Part shown: positions 9,367 through 18,500 of the stretch, in pieces
Layout of the letters: each line of letters opens with the position of its first letter
How positions within the stretch are numbered: position 1 is the stretch's first letter
Assembly: GCA_963714095.1 (NCBI GenBank)
Contig: OY970230.1
Coordinates: 388,740-452,739, forward strand
Direction: 5' to 3'
Origin: Candidatus Gottesmanbacteria bacterium
GTDB taxonomy: Bacteria; Patescibacteriota; Microgenomatia; UBA10105; UBA927
Length of the DNA stretch: 64,000 bases
Translations under genes and position numbers: made by a program
Notes under the pieces: model-generated
Told to the model about the DNA's origin: nothing
Databases searched by the model: none
What the model saw: only the letters and a program-made list of their open reading frames with translations

Positions 9367-10698
9367 ATGATTGCATTACCTCAATCAGCTCAAAACATTA
9401 TAGATACCTTTCACAAGGCCGGCTATGAAATTTATGCAGTCGGAGGGTCTGTGCGGGATATTCTTATGGACCGGCCGACACGCGGATGGGACTTTACGAC
9501 GAACGCCACACCGGAAGAAACTCTTACATTATTCCCGGATAGTTTTTATGATAACCAATTCGGTACGGTAGGAATAAAAATCTCGGACGATATTTATGAA
9601 GTGACAACGTACCGAAGCGAAAAAGAATACAAAGATCACCGCCATCCGGATAAAATTCAATGGGGCAAAACGCTTGAAGAGGATCTTTCGCGGCGGGATT
9701 TTACCATTAACGCAATCGCCTACGACGGGAAAACCTTCATGGATCCGTACCACGGGCACGCAGATCTCAAAAATAAAATCATCCGCACAGTCGGAGACGC
9801 GAACGAAAGAATTGAAGAAGACTCTCTACGGATGATGCGCGCAGTCCGTATTGCATCAGAGCTTGGGTTCATGATTGAACCCGAAACACTTGCGGCAATG
9901 AAAACAAACGCCCCTCTCATCAGCGATATTTCTGCAGAACGAATTCATGATGAATTACTCCGGATACTTGCTTCCCCGTTTGCCGCAGACGGAATTTTAC
10001 TTCTTAAACAAACAGGGTTACTGAAAATTATTATTCCGGAACTCGACAGTGCATTCGCTATCGGGCAAAAAAGCCCCAGCCGCCACCACATCTATGATGT
10101 GGGCACCCATAGCGTCATGGCACTGAAAAACTGCCCGACTAAAGATCCGGTCGTTCGATTGGCAACACTCCTTCATGATATCGGAAAAGTACCGACGTAT
10201 AAGGTGGATGAAAAAGGCATCATCACGTTTTATAACCATGAAATGGTCAGTACAAAACTAACAAAACATATTCTTGCGCGGCTTAAATTCTCACGGAAAG
10301 ACACGGAAAAAATACTCACGCTCATCCGCTGGCACCAGTTTACGGTTGACGAACGGCAGACTGACAGTGCGCTTCGTAGATTTATCCGGCATGTGGGAAA
10401 AGAAAATCTTTCGGATATGCTGGCACTTCGGACCGGCGACCGTTTAGGAGGTGGCGCCGCGGAAACCTCGTGGCGCATGGAACTCTTTAAAAAACGGCTT
10501 GATGAAGTCCAAAAACAACCCTTCACCATCGCGGATTTAAAAATCAACGGCTTTGACATCATGAAAGCCTTAAATTGTAAACCCGGCCCGATCATAGGCA
10601 AAGTGTTAAATGACCTCTTTTCCAAAGTCGAGTCCGGAAAACTCCAAAACGAACGGGAAATCCTGCTCAAAGAACTAGAAGAACTAAAAAGGAATTAA
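9367..10698 (+). CDS. cca: CCA-adding tRNA nucleotidyltransferase with HD domain
   Basis: GGSVRD nucleotidyltransferase head and an HD domain (HHIYDVGTH...LLHDIGK). Confidence 0.85.
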   Translation: MIALPQSAQNIIDTFHKAGYEIYAVGGSVRDILMDRPTRGWDFTTNATPEETLTLFPDSFYDNQFGTVGIKISDDIYEVTTYRSEKEYKDHRHPDKIQWGKTLEEDLSRRDFTINAIAYDGKTFMDPYHGHADLKNKIIRTVGDANERIEEDSLRMMRAVRIASELGFMIEPETLAAMKTNAPLISDISAERIHDELLRILASPFAADGILLLKQTGLLKIIIPELDSAFAIGQKSPSRHHIYDVGTHSVMALKNCPTKDPVVRLATLLHDIGKVPTYKVDEKGIITFYNHEMVSTKLTKHILARLKFSRKDTEKILTLIRWHQFTVDERQTDSALRRFIRHVGKENLSDMLALRTGDRLGGGAAETSWRMELFKKRLDEVQKQPFTIADLKINGFDIMKALNCKPGPIIGKVLNDLFSKVESGKLQNEREILLKELEELKRN

Positions 10699-10702
10699 AA
10701 AG

Positions 10703-11527
10703 TTATTTCTTTACACTTTTTCTCTTCTCCCATCTATCCCACAAAGTCAGTATCGGCGTAGCGACGAAGATGGAGGAATAGGCGCCTGATGTCGTGCCGA
10801 TTAAAAGCGCTATCACAAACCATTGGATTGTTTCTCCGCCTAAAAGCACCAATGCCAAAAGCATAAATATAATGGTAAATGAATTGGCGGTGGACCGCCC
10901 AACGGTTTCCGTCATGGCTTTATCGCAAAGCTCGTCAAACGGCAGGCGCTCCCCGCGCTTAAGTAGTTCCCGTATGCGGTCGAATACTACGATGGTATCG
11001 TGTACAGAAAAACTCATCGTGGTCAAAAATGCCGTGACAAACAAGGTATCCACTTCGATGTGATAGAAATGCCCGAAAAGCGAGAAACATCCGACGACAA
11101 CCAGAAGATCATGAATAAGCGCGATAATAGCCGACACCCCGAATTTGATATTTTTAAATGCGTACGCGACATACGCCAGTATTGCAACAATGGCAATAAT
11201 TGCTGCCGTAACGGTTTTTTGGAGTAGCTCCGCACCCAACACGGGACCGACGGTTTCATTGTGCACGACAGTCCCGGAGAGTGAAGCGGGAATCGCTGTA
11301 CTCTGCTGAAAACGCAATATATATGTTCCCGTAGAAGTCTTCTGATACGTTGTCACAGGGAAATATTTGTTCACGGTTTTCTCATCGGTTGCAAGCTCAA
11401 CGAGTGTCCCTCCTGTAAAATCGATGGACGGCCGCAGTCCCCAGCGGATCAATGAATATATTCCCGGCACAAGAACAAGACCGGAAATAATCATATAAAG
11501 CCAGATATATTTAGAAAACCGTATCAT
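10703..11527 (-). CDS. secF: Protein-export membrane protein SecF
   Basis: FTGGTLVEL motif and a 6-transmembrane C-terminal region. The start overlaps secD by 4 nt. Confidence 0.9.
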   Translation of the reverse strand: MIRFSKYIWLYMIISGLVLVPGIYSLIRWGLRPSIDFTGGTLVELATDEKTVNKYFPVTTYQKTSTGTYILRFQQSTAIPASLSGTVVHNETVGPVLGAELLQKTVTAAIIAIVAILAYVAYAFKNIKFGVSAIIALIHDLLVVVGCFSLFGHFYHIEVDTLFVTAFLTTMSFSVHDTIVVFDRIRELLKRGERLPFDELCDKAMTETVGRSTANSFTIIFMLLALVLLGGETIQWFVIALLIGTTSGAYSSIFVATPILTLWDRWEKRKSVKK

Positions 11528-12831
11528 GTTTTCTCCTTATACATCACGCGGATAAATGTTCTGGTGACAACTATGCCGGTAAACAAGCTTGCAAGAACTC
11601 CGATGAACAAAGTTACGGCAAATCCGCGTACTGTGCCGGCGCTCGGCAAAAAATTCCAGTTGCCGGGGTTATAGAGAATCGTACAGGTAATAAGCGTCGT
11701 AAAATTTGCATCCCGTATGCTGTCCCATGCTTTCCCGAATCCCAATTCCATTGCCACCTTCCATGGGCGTCCTGATCGTTTTTCCTCTTTAAACCGTTCA
11801 AAAATAAGAATATTGCTATCAACCGCCATTCCCATAGACAAAATAAACCCTGCGATACCCGGAAGCGTCAGAGTAATCGGAATCCAGCGGAATACGGCAA
11901 ACGTCAGCAAGCCGTAAACCATCAAAGCCATATCAGCAAAAAGCCCCAGCCACCCATACTGGGCAATCATAAAGATAGCGACGATCGTGAGCCCCACAAT
12001 GCCCGCTGTAATACTTTTGGTAACCGACGATGCACCGAGCGTTGCCCCTACCGTTTCTTTCTCAACCACCGTAACCGGCACGGGAAGGGCGCCTGCGTTG
12101 AGCTGCAGGGCAAGCGTTGTTGCCTGATCCTGGGTAAATTGCCCGTTGATAACCGCGGCCCCGTCCGTAATTTCCTGTTTCACAACCGGAGAAGTAATGG
12201 GGGTGTTATCCAGGAAAATGGCCAACGGCTTACCAACGAGACGCTGGGTGACATCGGCAAACTTTTTGGCGCCCGCGGCAGTAAAAGAAATCGCAACCTG
12301 AGGCGCGCCCGTCGTACTGTCAAAGGTCACCTGCGCACGCGTCAGATCCTTACCGGTAATACCTACAGACTTTGTCATGGCAAGAAGATCCGCATACGTG
12401 GTCGTGGCACTTATCGTTGCGTTAGTATTGGTATATTCACGGAAATCCAGTTGCGCGGTCTGCCCGATGAGGGTAATTGCCTGATTCACATCGGATATTC
12501 CGGGAAGCTCCACAATAATACGGTAACTGTTCTGACTGGTTGCGGTTTGCACAACGGGTTCCGTAACACCGAAAAAGTTCACTCGCCGTTCGATTATTTG
12601 TTTTGCTGAATCCAGCGCAGATACGCGGTCCGCCATAGCGATATCTTTCATGTTTGCATCAAGAACCAGCTGTGTACCGCCAGACAGATCCAGCCCGAAC
12701 TTCGTCGTAAAATCCTTGTTAATAGGCCCTATGTGAAACCCCGGGTGATAATTTTGGGGCAAATCGATATATACGGCAAGCACCGTGAGTAACAGAATGA
12801 TGATAAATACGCGGCGGGGATCTTTAAACAT
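11524..12831 (-). CDS. secD: Protein-export membrane protein SecD
   Basis: GLDLSGGTQLVL motif and a periplasmic P1 domain with a transmembrane bundle. Confidence 0.9.
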   Translation of the reverse strand: MFKDPRRVFIIILLLTVLAVYIDLPQNYHPGFHIGPINKDFTTKFGLDLSGGTQLVLDANMKDIAMADRVSALDSAKQIIERRVNFFGVTEPVVQTATSQNSYRIIVELPGISDVNQAITLIGQTAQLDFREYTNTNATISATTTYADLLAMTKSVGITGKDLTRAQVTFDSTTGAPQVAISFTAAGAKKFADVTQRLVGKPLAIFLDNTPITSPVVKQEITDGAAVINGQFTQDQATTLALQLNAGALPVPVTVVEKETVGATLGASSVTKSITAGIVGLTIVAIFMIAQYGWLGLFADMALMVYGLLTFAVFRWIPITLTLPGIAGFILSMGMAVDSNILIFERFKEEKRSGRPWKVAMELGFGKAWDSIRDANFTTLITCTILYNPGNWNFLPSAGTVRGFAVTLFIGVLASLFTGIVVTRTFIRVMYKEKT

Positions 12832-12839
12832 AATTGAAG

Positions 12840-13421
12840 TTAACCTACTAATTCTTCTTCATCTCCGATAATCATACTACGAGACCCTTCAAGTATAGAA
12901 AGGGCAAACGGGTCGCGGCGGCGTTTGCGGAAAATGAACTCTTCCTCCGTCATCACGGTATAATTAATCTCCCGCTCACGCCGTACTTCTTCTGCCTTCA
13001 CCAGTTGGGAAAGCTCCGGCAATACAACATTACCAACGACCAATAAATCTACATCAGTTGAGGATTTTTTTGGCAATCCCCGAAGATATCGGCCTGAAAG
13101 CATGGCAAACTTTATGCGTCCCAGTTTTGCGCGTTGCTTAATAAGATCGTATCCCAAGCCCGACGTTTTTGCTACAAGATCCAGGAGATCGTAGTACAAC
13201 GGATAATCTTTGCGGAAGGAATAAAAGAGCCGGTTTGCCCGCTGCTCTTTTGAAACCATGCCGGCTTTCTCCATGTGGGAAAGTTCCCGGCGTACCGCAT
13301 TTATCTCCTCACCGACCTTGCGAACAATATCACGGACATGAAAAATAGTCCCGGGGTGGGTAAAAAATAGCGTCAATATTTTTACGCGAACCCTGGAAAT
13401 AATAATGTCTTCTAGCGTCAT
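12840..13421 (-). CDS. Winged-HTH regulator fused to a minimal nucleotidyltransferase-like domain
   Basis: N-terminal wHTH (RVKILTLFF...IVRKVGEEINAVRRELSHMEKAGMV). The C-terminal GRYLRG-x8-DVDLLVVG resembles the G[SG]...DxD nucleotidyltransferase motif. A GGAGG SD precedes the ATG. Confidence 0.55.
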   Translation of the reverse strand: MTLEDIIISRVRVKILTLFFTHPGTIFHVRDIVRKVGEEINAVRRELSHMEKAGMVSKEQRANRLFYSFRKDYPLYYDLLDLVAKTSGLGYDLIKQRAKLGRIKFAMLSGRYLRGLPKKSSTDVDLLVVGNVVLPELSQLVKAEEVRREREINYTVMTEEEFIFRKRRRDPFALSILEGSRSMIIGDEEELVG

Positions 13422-13474
13422 AACGCTCCTCCATGGGGCAGAAAAGGCAGATTTTATGTTCTATTCACTATTTT

Positions 13475-14644
13475 CTAATATGTAATCGGCGTACCGGTCG
13501 GAAGCATTTCTATCCAAATCTGACCACGGTTAAAGCTTACCTCTTTACCGTTCGTATCAAAGAATTGGGTACGGGATGTTCTAACTGGTTTTTTCCAGGT
13601 AACTTTTATGATCTTTCCGTCTTGATAGAGAATGCCGTCGCCTGTACCGATATTGTCGTACAATAGATGACCGTGCTCATCAACCGGTCCTGTTTCATCG
13701 GCAAACAAAATGACCACGTCTTTAGCTGTGAGCTGTTCTTTTGTTTCTAAATCCGTTTGAACGACCCCGCCATTAAACCGTTTATAACTGTTCGAGGACT
13801 TATCATAGACCCATTGCACGGTATAATCCGAATATCCCTTCCATGCCGTGAAGGTTGCACTAAATGATGCGCCGCGATCCGACGCTTTTGCGTCGTCTTT
13901 AAACTTCCACGGTACGAAATTTTTATCCCAGGAAACGCCGCTTGCATCAACATTGGTCCATCCGCGTGTAGCAGCCAAAGATAGTAATTTATCCGACACA
14001 CACACCATGGTGTGTTCTGTAGCGACGGGATGATCCAAGCGATCGGGATTCCTGTAGCACGTCGGGAATGAAATACCGAACTGATCCATATCCTTAATGT
14101 TATATTCACCGATCTGACACAGTGCTTTGGCGCGATCATCAACGGTCGTATCGCTGCACACGCCGGCTCCGCCGACATGATTATATAAGGCATCGTATTC
14201 CAGTACCCAAGACAAAAAGTATGTCCGGGCACTCCGAACCGGAGCAAGATTTACTGACTGGGCTGCAATACCGCAGTAAAATACACCCATAAACCGCGTA
14301 ATACCGCCTTCCGCCACCGCCTCATACACGACATCGGCTGACGACAGACCGGATTGTGGTCGTGCGTCGACAGAATTTTCAATCATAACCGCAAGCGGAC
14401 GCCGTTTCTGCCAGATAGCTTCTTCCTGTTTCGTATACAGCTTCCCGTTCAACGGGCACGGCTCAGTACGGGGAATGGAAGGGTCTATAACAAAATGTTG
14501 TTGACTGCCAGTGGTTACCGCAGGAGAAACCGCCGTAATCGACTTGTTGCCGATATACGTAAACGTGGCATAAGATAAACCGCTCGCAATTAAATACACT
14601 GCAAGCCCGATAAACCCCGTCACGATAAAATGTTGTTTATCCAT
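13475..14644 (-). CDS. Membrane-anchored extracytoplasmic protein, DUF3048-like
   Basis: N-terminal transmembrane helix. AEGGITRFMGVFY resembles the DUF3048 (YerB-like) signature. This is a recollection, not a database search. Confidence 0.45.
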   Translation of the reverse strand: MDKQHFIVTGFIGLAVYLIASGLSYATFTYIGNKSITAVSPAVTTGSQQHFVIDPSIPRTEPCPLNGKLYTKQEEAIWQKRRPLAVMIENSVDARPQSGLSSADVVYEAVAEGGITRFMGVFYCGIAAQSVNLAPVRSARTYFLSWVLEYDALYNHVGGAGVCSDTTVDDRAKALCQIGEYNIKDMDQFGISFPTCYRNPDRLDHPVATEHTMVCVSDKLLSLAATRGWTNVDASGVSWDKNFVPWKFKDDAKASDRGASFSATFTAWKGYSDYTVQWVYDKSSNSYKRFNGGVVQTDLETKEQLTAKDVVILFADETGPVDEHGHLLYDNIGTGDGILYQDGKIIKVTWKKPVRTSRTQFFDTNGKEVSFNRGQIWIEMLPTGTPITY

Positions 14645-15125
14645 GTATTTTTTCTCCGAAAGGTTTTGCTTTTTCTACAACAGCCTGTTCTTCTTTCGAC
14701 AAAGCCAGCTCTTTCCCTTTCCCATTACTCACCTCTTTAATATACCACCGATGACCCGTCCTGGCATAGAGTGAAGTCATCACAAGTCCATTATCATGCC
14801 CGTCCAACAATGCTAACGTAAAACTCTGACTCCCTCCCGTATCCGAAAACGGATTAAAACGGACCAGCCCGACCCGCTGAATATGGAGCAGTCCATCTCC
14901 CCTGATTTCGTCTAGCGCTTTATATAAATCCTTGGTCTGACTTTGCAAACCTTTCTGCGTTTGCAATAATGTCTCCAGAACTTCCTTCAATCCTGCCTTA
15001 TTGGTTACTCTTGTAAGAGTATTATAATGCCGGACCATGCGGAATACTATAACCGACAATCCCGCCACCCACGCGATGACTACAAAAAAAATAATCCACC
15101 ATACCGTATCTGAAGTGAACACCAT
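14637..15125 (-). CDS. DUF4446-like membrane-anchored protein
   Basis: N-terminal transmembrane helix, then RFNPFSDTGGSQSF...LLDGHDNGLVMTSLYAR, as in DUF4446. Confidence 0.5.
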   Translation of the reverse strand: MVFTSDTVWWIIFFVVIAWVAGLSVIVFRMVRHYNTLTRVTNKAGLKEVLETLLQTQKGLQSQTKDLYKALDEIRGDGLLHIQRVGLVRFNPFSDTGGSQSFTLALLDGHDNGLVMTSLYARTGHRWYIKEVSNGKGKELALSKEEQAVVEKAKPFGEKIHG

Positions 15126-15208
15126 TGGTATTCATTATACTACGATTCTTATTACTTTTATGTCAATAAGATAGTCAGCAGACGTATGTAGAGTTGACAA
15201 GCGTGCCT

Positions 15209-15236
15209 GCCTCGTGCTACGCTCTCCGCACGAGGC
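15209..15236 (+). promoter_or_regulatory. 9-bp hairpin (GCCTCGTGC/GCACGAGGC) whose 3' arm contains the GAGG SD of the downstream small ORF
   Basis: Read directly from the sequence. A TTGACA at 15194-15199 lies upstream. Confidence 0.4.
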
Positions 15237-15241
15237 TAAGT

Positions 15242-15520
15242 ATGCCTAAAAAATCAAAAAAAGATAAAATCCTCGCTGATATCAGACGAAGAGCACACAC
15301 TGAGCAGTCTGTGACAACCCATCTTCCGACGCTCGTAAAGGAAGACGCTGCTCCAACGTTCCGGTTCCAACTGAAAAAAGAAGTTGCTCCACATGCTCCA
15401 CGGGAGACAGAACAAAATACTTCCGAGCTTGCAGCTGTCAAACGGGATTTATACAAAACATTTATTCTGGCAACTTTGGCAATAGCAGCTGAATTTTTCA
15501 TTTATTGGTTTAAACGATGA
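15242..15520 (+). CDS. Hypothetical small protein with a C-terminal transmembrane anchor (92 aa)
   Basis: The ATG at 15242 is 6 nt after GAGG. The protein has a basic N-terminus and a hydrophobic C-terminus (FILATLAIAAEFFIYWF). The track start at 15194 is a TTG inside the putative promoter. Confidence 0.5.
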   Translation: MPKKSKKDKILADIRRRAHTEQSVTTHLPTLVKEDAAPTFRFQLKKEVAPHAPRETEQNTSELAAVKRDLYKTFILATLAIAAEFFIYWFKR

Positions 15521-15539
15521 GAGGAGGTGAATAAAGAAT

Positions 15540-15683
15540 ATGGCATCAATGTATTGTGTCAAATGTCGCGCAAAGAGAGAAGATCCTAAAGCCGTAAAAG
15601 TGACTATGAAAAACGGCAAGCCCGCAATGAAAGGCAAGTGTCCAGTGTGCGGAACCGGTATGTATAAAATCGGTGCAGCGTAA
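15540..15683 (+). CDS. Small zinc-ribbon protein (47 aa, CxxC...CxxC), not in the ORF track
   Basis: A GGAGGTG SD sits 8 nt upstream. The protein is MASMYCVKCRAKRED...KGKCPVCGTGMYKIGAA, followed by a terminator. Confidence 0.65.
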   Translation: MASMYCVKCRAKREDPKAVKVTMKNGKPAMKGKCPVCGTGMYKIGAA

Positions 15684-15710
15684 GTTTTTTGCAAAGAATT
15701 TTCTGTCTAA

Positions 15711-15740
15711 AACCCCGTCACATGACGGGGTTTTACTTTT
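15711..15740. terminator. Bidirectional rho-independent terminator between convergent genes
   Basis: aaaaCCCCGTCAcatGACGGGGtttt, with U/A runs on both sides. Confidence 0.7.
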
Positions 15741-15743
15741 GCA

Positions 15744-17093
15744 TCAAATATTTATAAACTTCCGTACGTCCTTCCAAACAAATTTAACCCCGATTGATAT
15801 AACATATGTTTCTGCTAATGTAAGACAGCATACAAAGGGTAAATAATAACGGCCCCAATCATTCATAAGATAGTATGTTAGACTCCCAAATACCACAAAT
15901 GTCCATAAAGGTAATAGATATTTTGAATCTATTTTATGTGTAAGGGATATTGAATGAACGGCCTGCCTTATCATGAGGAATAATCCAACCATAAATAAAA
16001 AGAGATCAACGGGATACGTTCGGTTATAGAAATTGGTATAAATTCCGTCTGGAGCTAACGTGTGAGAAAAAATCGCGATTAATGCATTCTTACGATTATA
16101 AATTGCGCTCTCAGGGGATTCAAACCAATATTGTGTTTTTGCATTTTCCAGTCTGCTATGAAACATATACCAGGAATTATATATTGAATTCTGATGGATA
16201 AAAGGATGCAGTAAATAGAAAAACGTAATCATAGTGATTCCAATAGTTACTGCCCCATAGAGCACCTGTCGTAAATTTCGATGAAATGATCTTTCTATTA
16301 GCAAAACCAGAAATATAAAAATGCTTAAATATAATGGAAGCATCAAGGCGCTGGCTTTCGTACCTAATCCTAAGGCGGCATTAACCCCTATTAACAGACT
16401 ATAAATAATAATTTTTTTGGTATTTCTTGTATTTACCGATGATATCCAATAGATGCACAATACTAAGTTCACTAAAAAGAAAAAAAGTTGCATGGAGTCT
16501 GTCATAGCATTTTGACCTTCGATACTCATTAAATAATTAAAAGTAAAAAGCAATGCTCCTATAAATCCATATATCGTATTAAAAATTTTTGATCCAATAA
16601 TAAATATTAAGCCGATTGATCCAATCGTAAAAATTATTCCGGTTACTCTGCCGATCCAAATGATTTTCAAGCAACTACTTAAAGTAGCCGGAAAAGCTGA
16701 AGGTTTTTCGCCCGACAGAGACTGCCACCAAAATTCTCCGTTAACTTTAATACTATTAAAACCGGTTGTCTGAAAGGTTTTTTCAATATCTTTTATTCCG
16801 GCCAAATGAAGGGCCAGGCCGTAAATATAAAGGCCAACCTTTGGTTGGGCGGCCCCCGCCTCATATTCCTCGCTATACCAGCGTTTGTCTTTCAGATCGT
16901 GTTTAACGAAAAGTAAATCAAAATAATAGCTTTTTCTTAAAAACTCATGTTCGTCTACAAAAAAAATATGATTTTTATAATCGTTAAAATACCAGAAAGA
17001 AGCAATTAATATAATTATTAAAAAGAGAATTTTAGATTTGAAAATGCTAATTTTTTTTAAAAATTCACTCATTGTTTGATCGGAAACACTCAT
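15744..17093 (-). CDS. Polytopic membrane protein, probable GT-C family glycosyltransferase (ArnT/PMT-like)
   Basis: About 11 predicted transmembrane helices and a DE motif (FFVDEHEF) in the first loop. The gene is AT-rich. Confidence 0.5.
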   Translation of the reverse strand: MSVSDQTMSEFLKKISIFKSKILFLIIILIASFWYFNDYKNHIFFVDEHEFLRKSYYFDLLFVKHDLKDKRWYSEEYEAGAAQPKVGLYIYGLALHLAGIKDIEKTFQTTGFNSIKVNGEFWWQSLSGEKPSAFPATLSSCLKIIWIGRVTGIIFTIGSIGLIFIIGSKIFNTIYGFIGALLFTFNYLMSIEGQNAMTDSMQLFFFLVNLVLCIYWISSVNTRNTKKIIIYSLLIGVNAALGLGTKASALMLPLYLSIFIFLVLLIERSFHRNLRQVLYGAVTIGITMITFFYLLHPFIHQNSIYNSWYMFHSRLENAKTQYWFESPESAIYNRKNALIAIFSHTLAPDGIYTNFYNRTYPVDLFLFMVGLFLMIRQAVHSISLTHKIDSKYLLPLWTFVVFGSLTYYLMNDWGRYYLPFVCCLTLAETYVISIGVKFVWKDVRKFINI

Positions 17094-17152
17094 AAACGTA
17101 TATTAAGCGTTATCAGATCAAAAATGAAGAGTTTGGCGGAAACACGCAAAAA

Positions 17153-17161
17153 TGGTATACT
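17153..17161 (+). promoter_or_regulatory. Extended -10 element (TGgTATACT) for rnpB
   Basis: aaTGgTATACTtatagggtacc lies about 8 nt before the inferred RNA 5' end. Confidence 0.45.
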
Positions 17162-17169
17162 TATAGGGT

Positions 17170-17505
17170 ACCTTGGAATCCGAATTCTCGCTCCGATCAA
17201 ATCGGAGAGGAAAGTCCAGACAGCAGAATGTGAGGGGATCCGGTGTAAGCCGAAACGGGTAACCGCTGGTCTTTCTTTGCCGAAAGGCAAAGATTGCGAT
17301 TCCTGAACTGACAGGATGAGAGAGTCGCAGAGACGATCATTTCCCTGTAGCCTGACGGCTATGGGAGATGGGTGAAACGTGACAATCCCACCCGCTGCAA
17401 CCGACGACATGTCCGTTACTACGACACATTCCGGAGGACAAAAGTGTGCGGGCACAAGAGAAATGAGAGTTTAGAAACAGAATCTGGCTTATGAGATTCC
17501 CGGGT
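17170..17505 (+). ncRNA. rnpB: RNase P RNA (bacterial type A)
   Basis: Conserved GAGGAAAGTCCAGAC (P4 5' strand), GGGTGAAACGTG and ACAGAATCTGGCTTA (P4 3' strand). P1 pairs GGAATC with GATTCC. The track ORFs 17076..17306 and 17090..17455 are artefacts. Confidence 0.85.
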
Positions 17506-17510
17506 ACACA

Positions 17511-17537
17511 AAGATTCCCTCTTATGTAGAGGGATTT
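17511..17537 (+). terminator. Rho-independent terminator after rnpB
   Basis: agattCCCTCTtatgtAGAGGGatttttt. It overlaps the last codons of the convergent AI-2E transporter gene. Confidence 0.65.
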
Positions 17538-18499
17538 TTTGCACCCAAAATTGAAGTAAGAATTACTTGCAGGACTAAAACTGACGGCACGGCGATGACG
17601 GCTCCCCCAATTCCGCCCAATTGACCGCCGATCATAAGAGCAAGAATGGTCACTAAAGGTGAAAGTCCCACACTCCGTTTCATAACGATGGGAACAAAAA
17701 TATTACTTTCCACCTGCTGAACCACGACATAGAGAATAATAACGCTAATGGCAAGAACCGGGGAAACTGCAAGCGCCACGAGCACCGCCGGCACTGCAGA
17801 AATAACCGGCCCGATCATCGGAACAATTTCTAAAAGTGCTGCAATGATAGCAAGCGGCAGAGCAAAGTCTATATGGAGGATGATAAGTCCTATATAGGTC
17901 ATTACTCCGACGAACGTCATAAGAAGGAGTTCCCCGCGCACCCAGGCGCCCAAACGGCGTTCAGCAATCCTGATAATCTCTGCTACATTCCTGCCCGTGG
18001 TTTCTCCCAAAAAACCGGTAAGGGTCGTCTCTGCACGGCGACGTTCCACTATAAAATAAAACGTAATGATAAAGACCATAAACGTAGTAAAAATGTTAGA
18101 AAAAATTCCCAATGTCACAGAAAGAACGTTTGCCGAAAGCGGCGCAATTTGCCCTGATATGGTCTGAAAATCTATGTTCCAATACGGAAATACCCGCGCG
18201 GCAGTCTCTGGTAGTGTCGACGCGAGCTTTGTCGACTGAGAAACAATCGTTGGTACTGCTGACCCGACAATCACACCTAAAACTCCCAAAACCACGAAAT
18301 AAATAAGAAGCGTACCTATGGGCCGTGGAATTTTGAACCTACCAAGCCACATAACCATGGGGTAAATTGCCGTCATGAGAAGGAATGCAATGAAAACGAG
18401 AAATAAAATATCTTTTATCTGTAAAAGAAGCCATAATCCCGCGAGAATCGCGAGGGTCAATAGGACGGTTCGCAGTGATATTTCAATCTTCCGGAACAT
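17522..18499 (-). CDS. AI-2E family transporter (PerM/UPF0118)
   Basis: 8 transmembrane helices and a typical AI-2E N-terminus. 325 aa. Confidence 0.7.
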   Translation of the reverse strand: MFRKIEISLRTVLLTLAILAGLWLLLQIKDILFLVFIAFLLMTAIYPMVMWLGRFKIPRPIGTLLIYFVVLGVLGVIVGSAVPTIVSQSTKLASTLPETAARVFPYWNIDFQTISGQIAPLSANVLSVTLGIFSNIFTTFMVFIITFYFIVERRRAETTLTGFLGETTGRNVAEIIRIAERRLGAWVRGELLLMTFVGVMTYIGLIILHIDFALPLAIIAALLEIVPMIGPVISAVPAVLVALAVSPVLAISVIILYVVVQQVESNIFVPIVMKRSVGLSPLVTILALMIGGQLGGIGGAVIAVPSVLVLQVILTSILGAKNPST

Positions 18500-18500
18500 A

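Noticed and set aside
17076-17455. Track ORFs 17076..17306 (+) and 17090..17455 (-)
   Set aside because: They lie entirely within the RNase P RNA and are chance ORFs.
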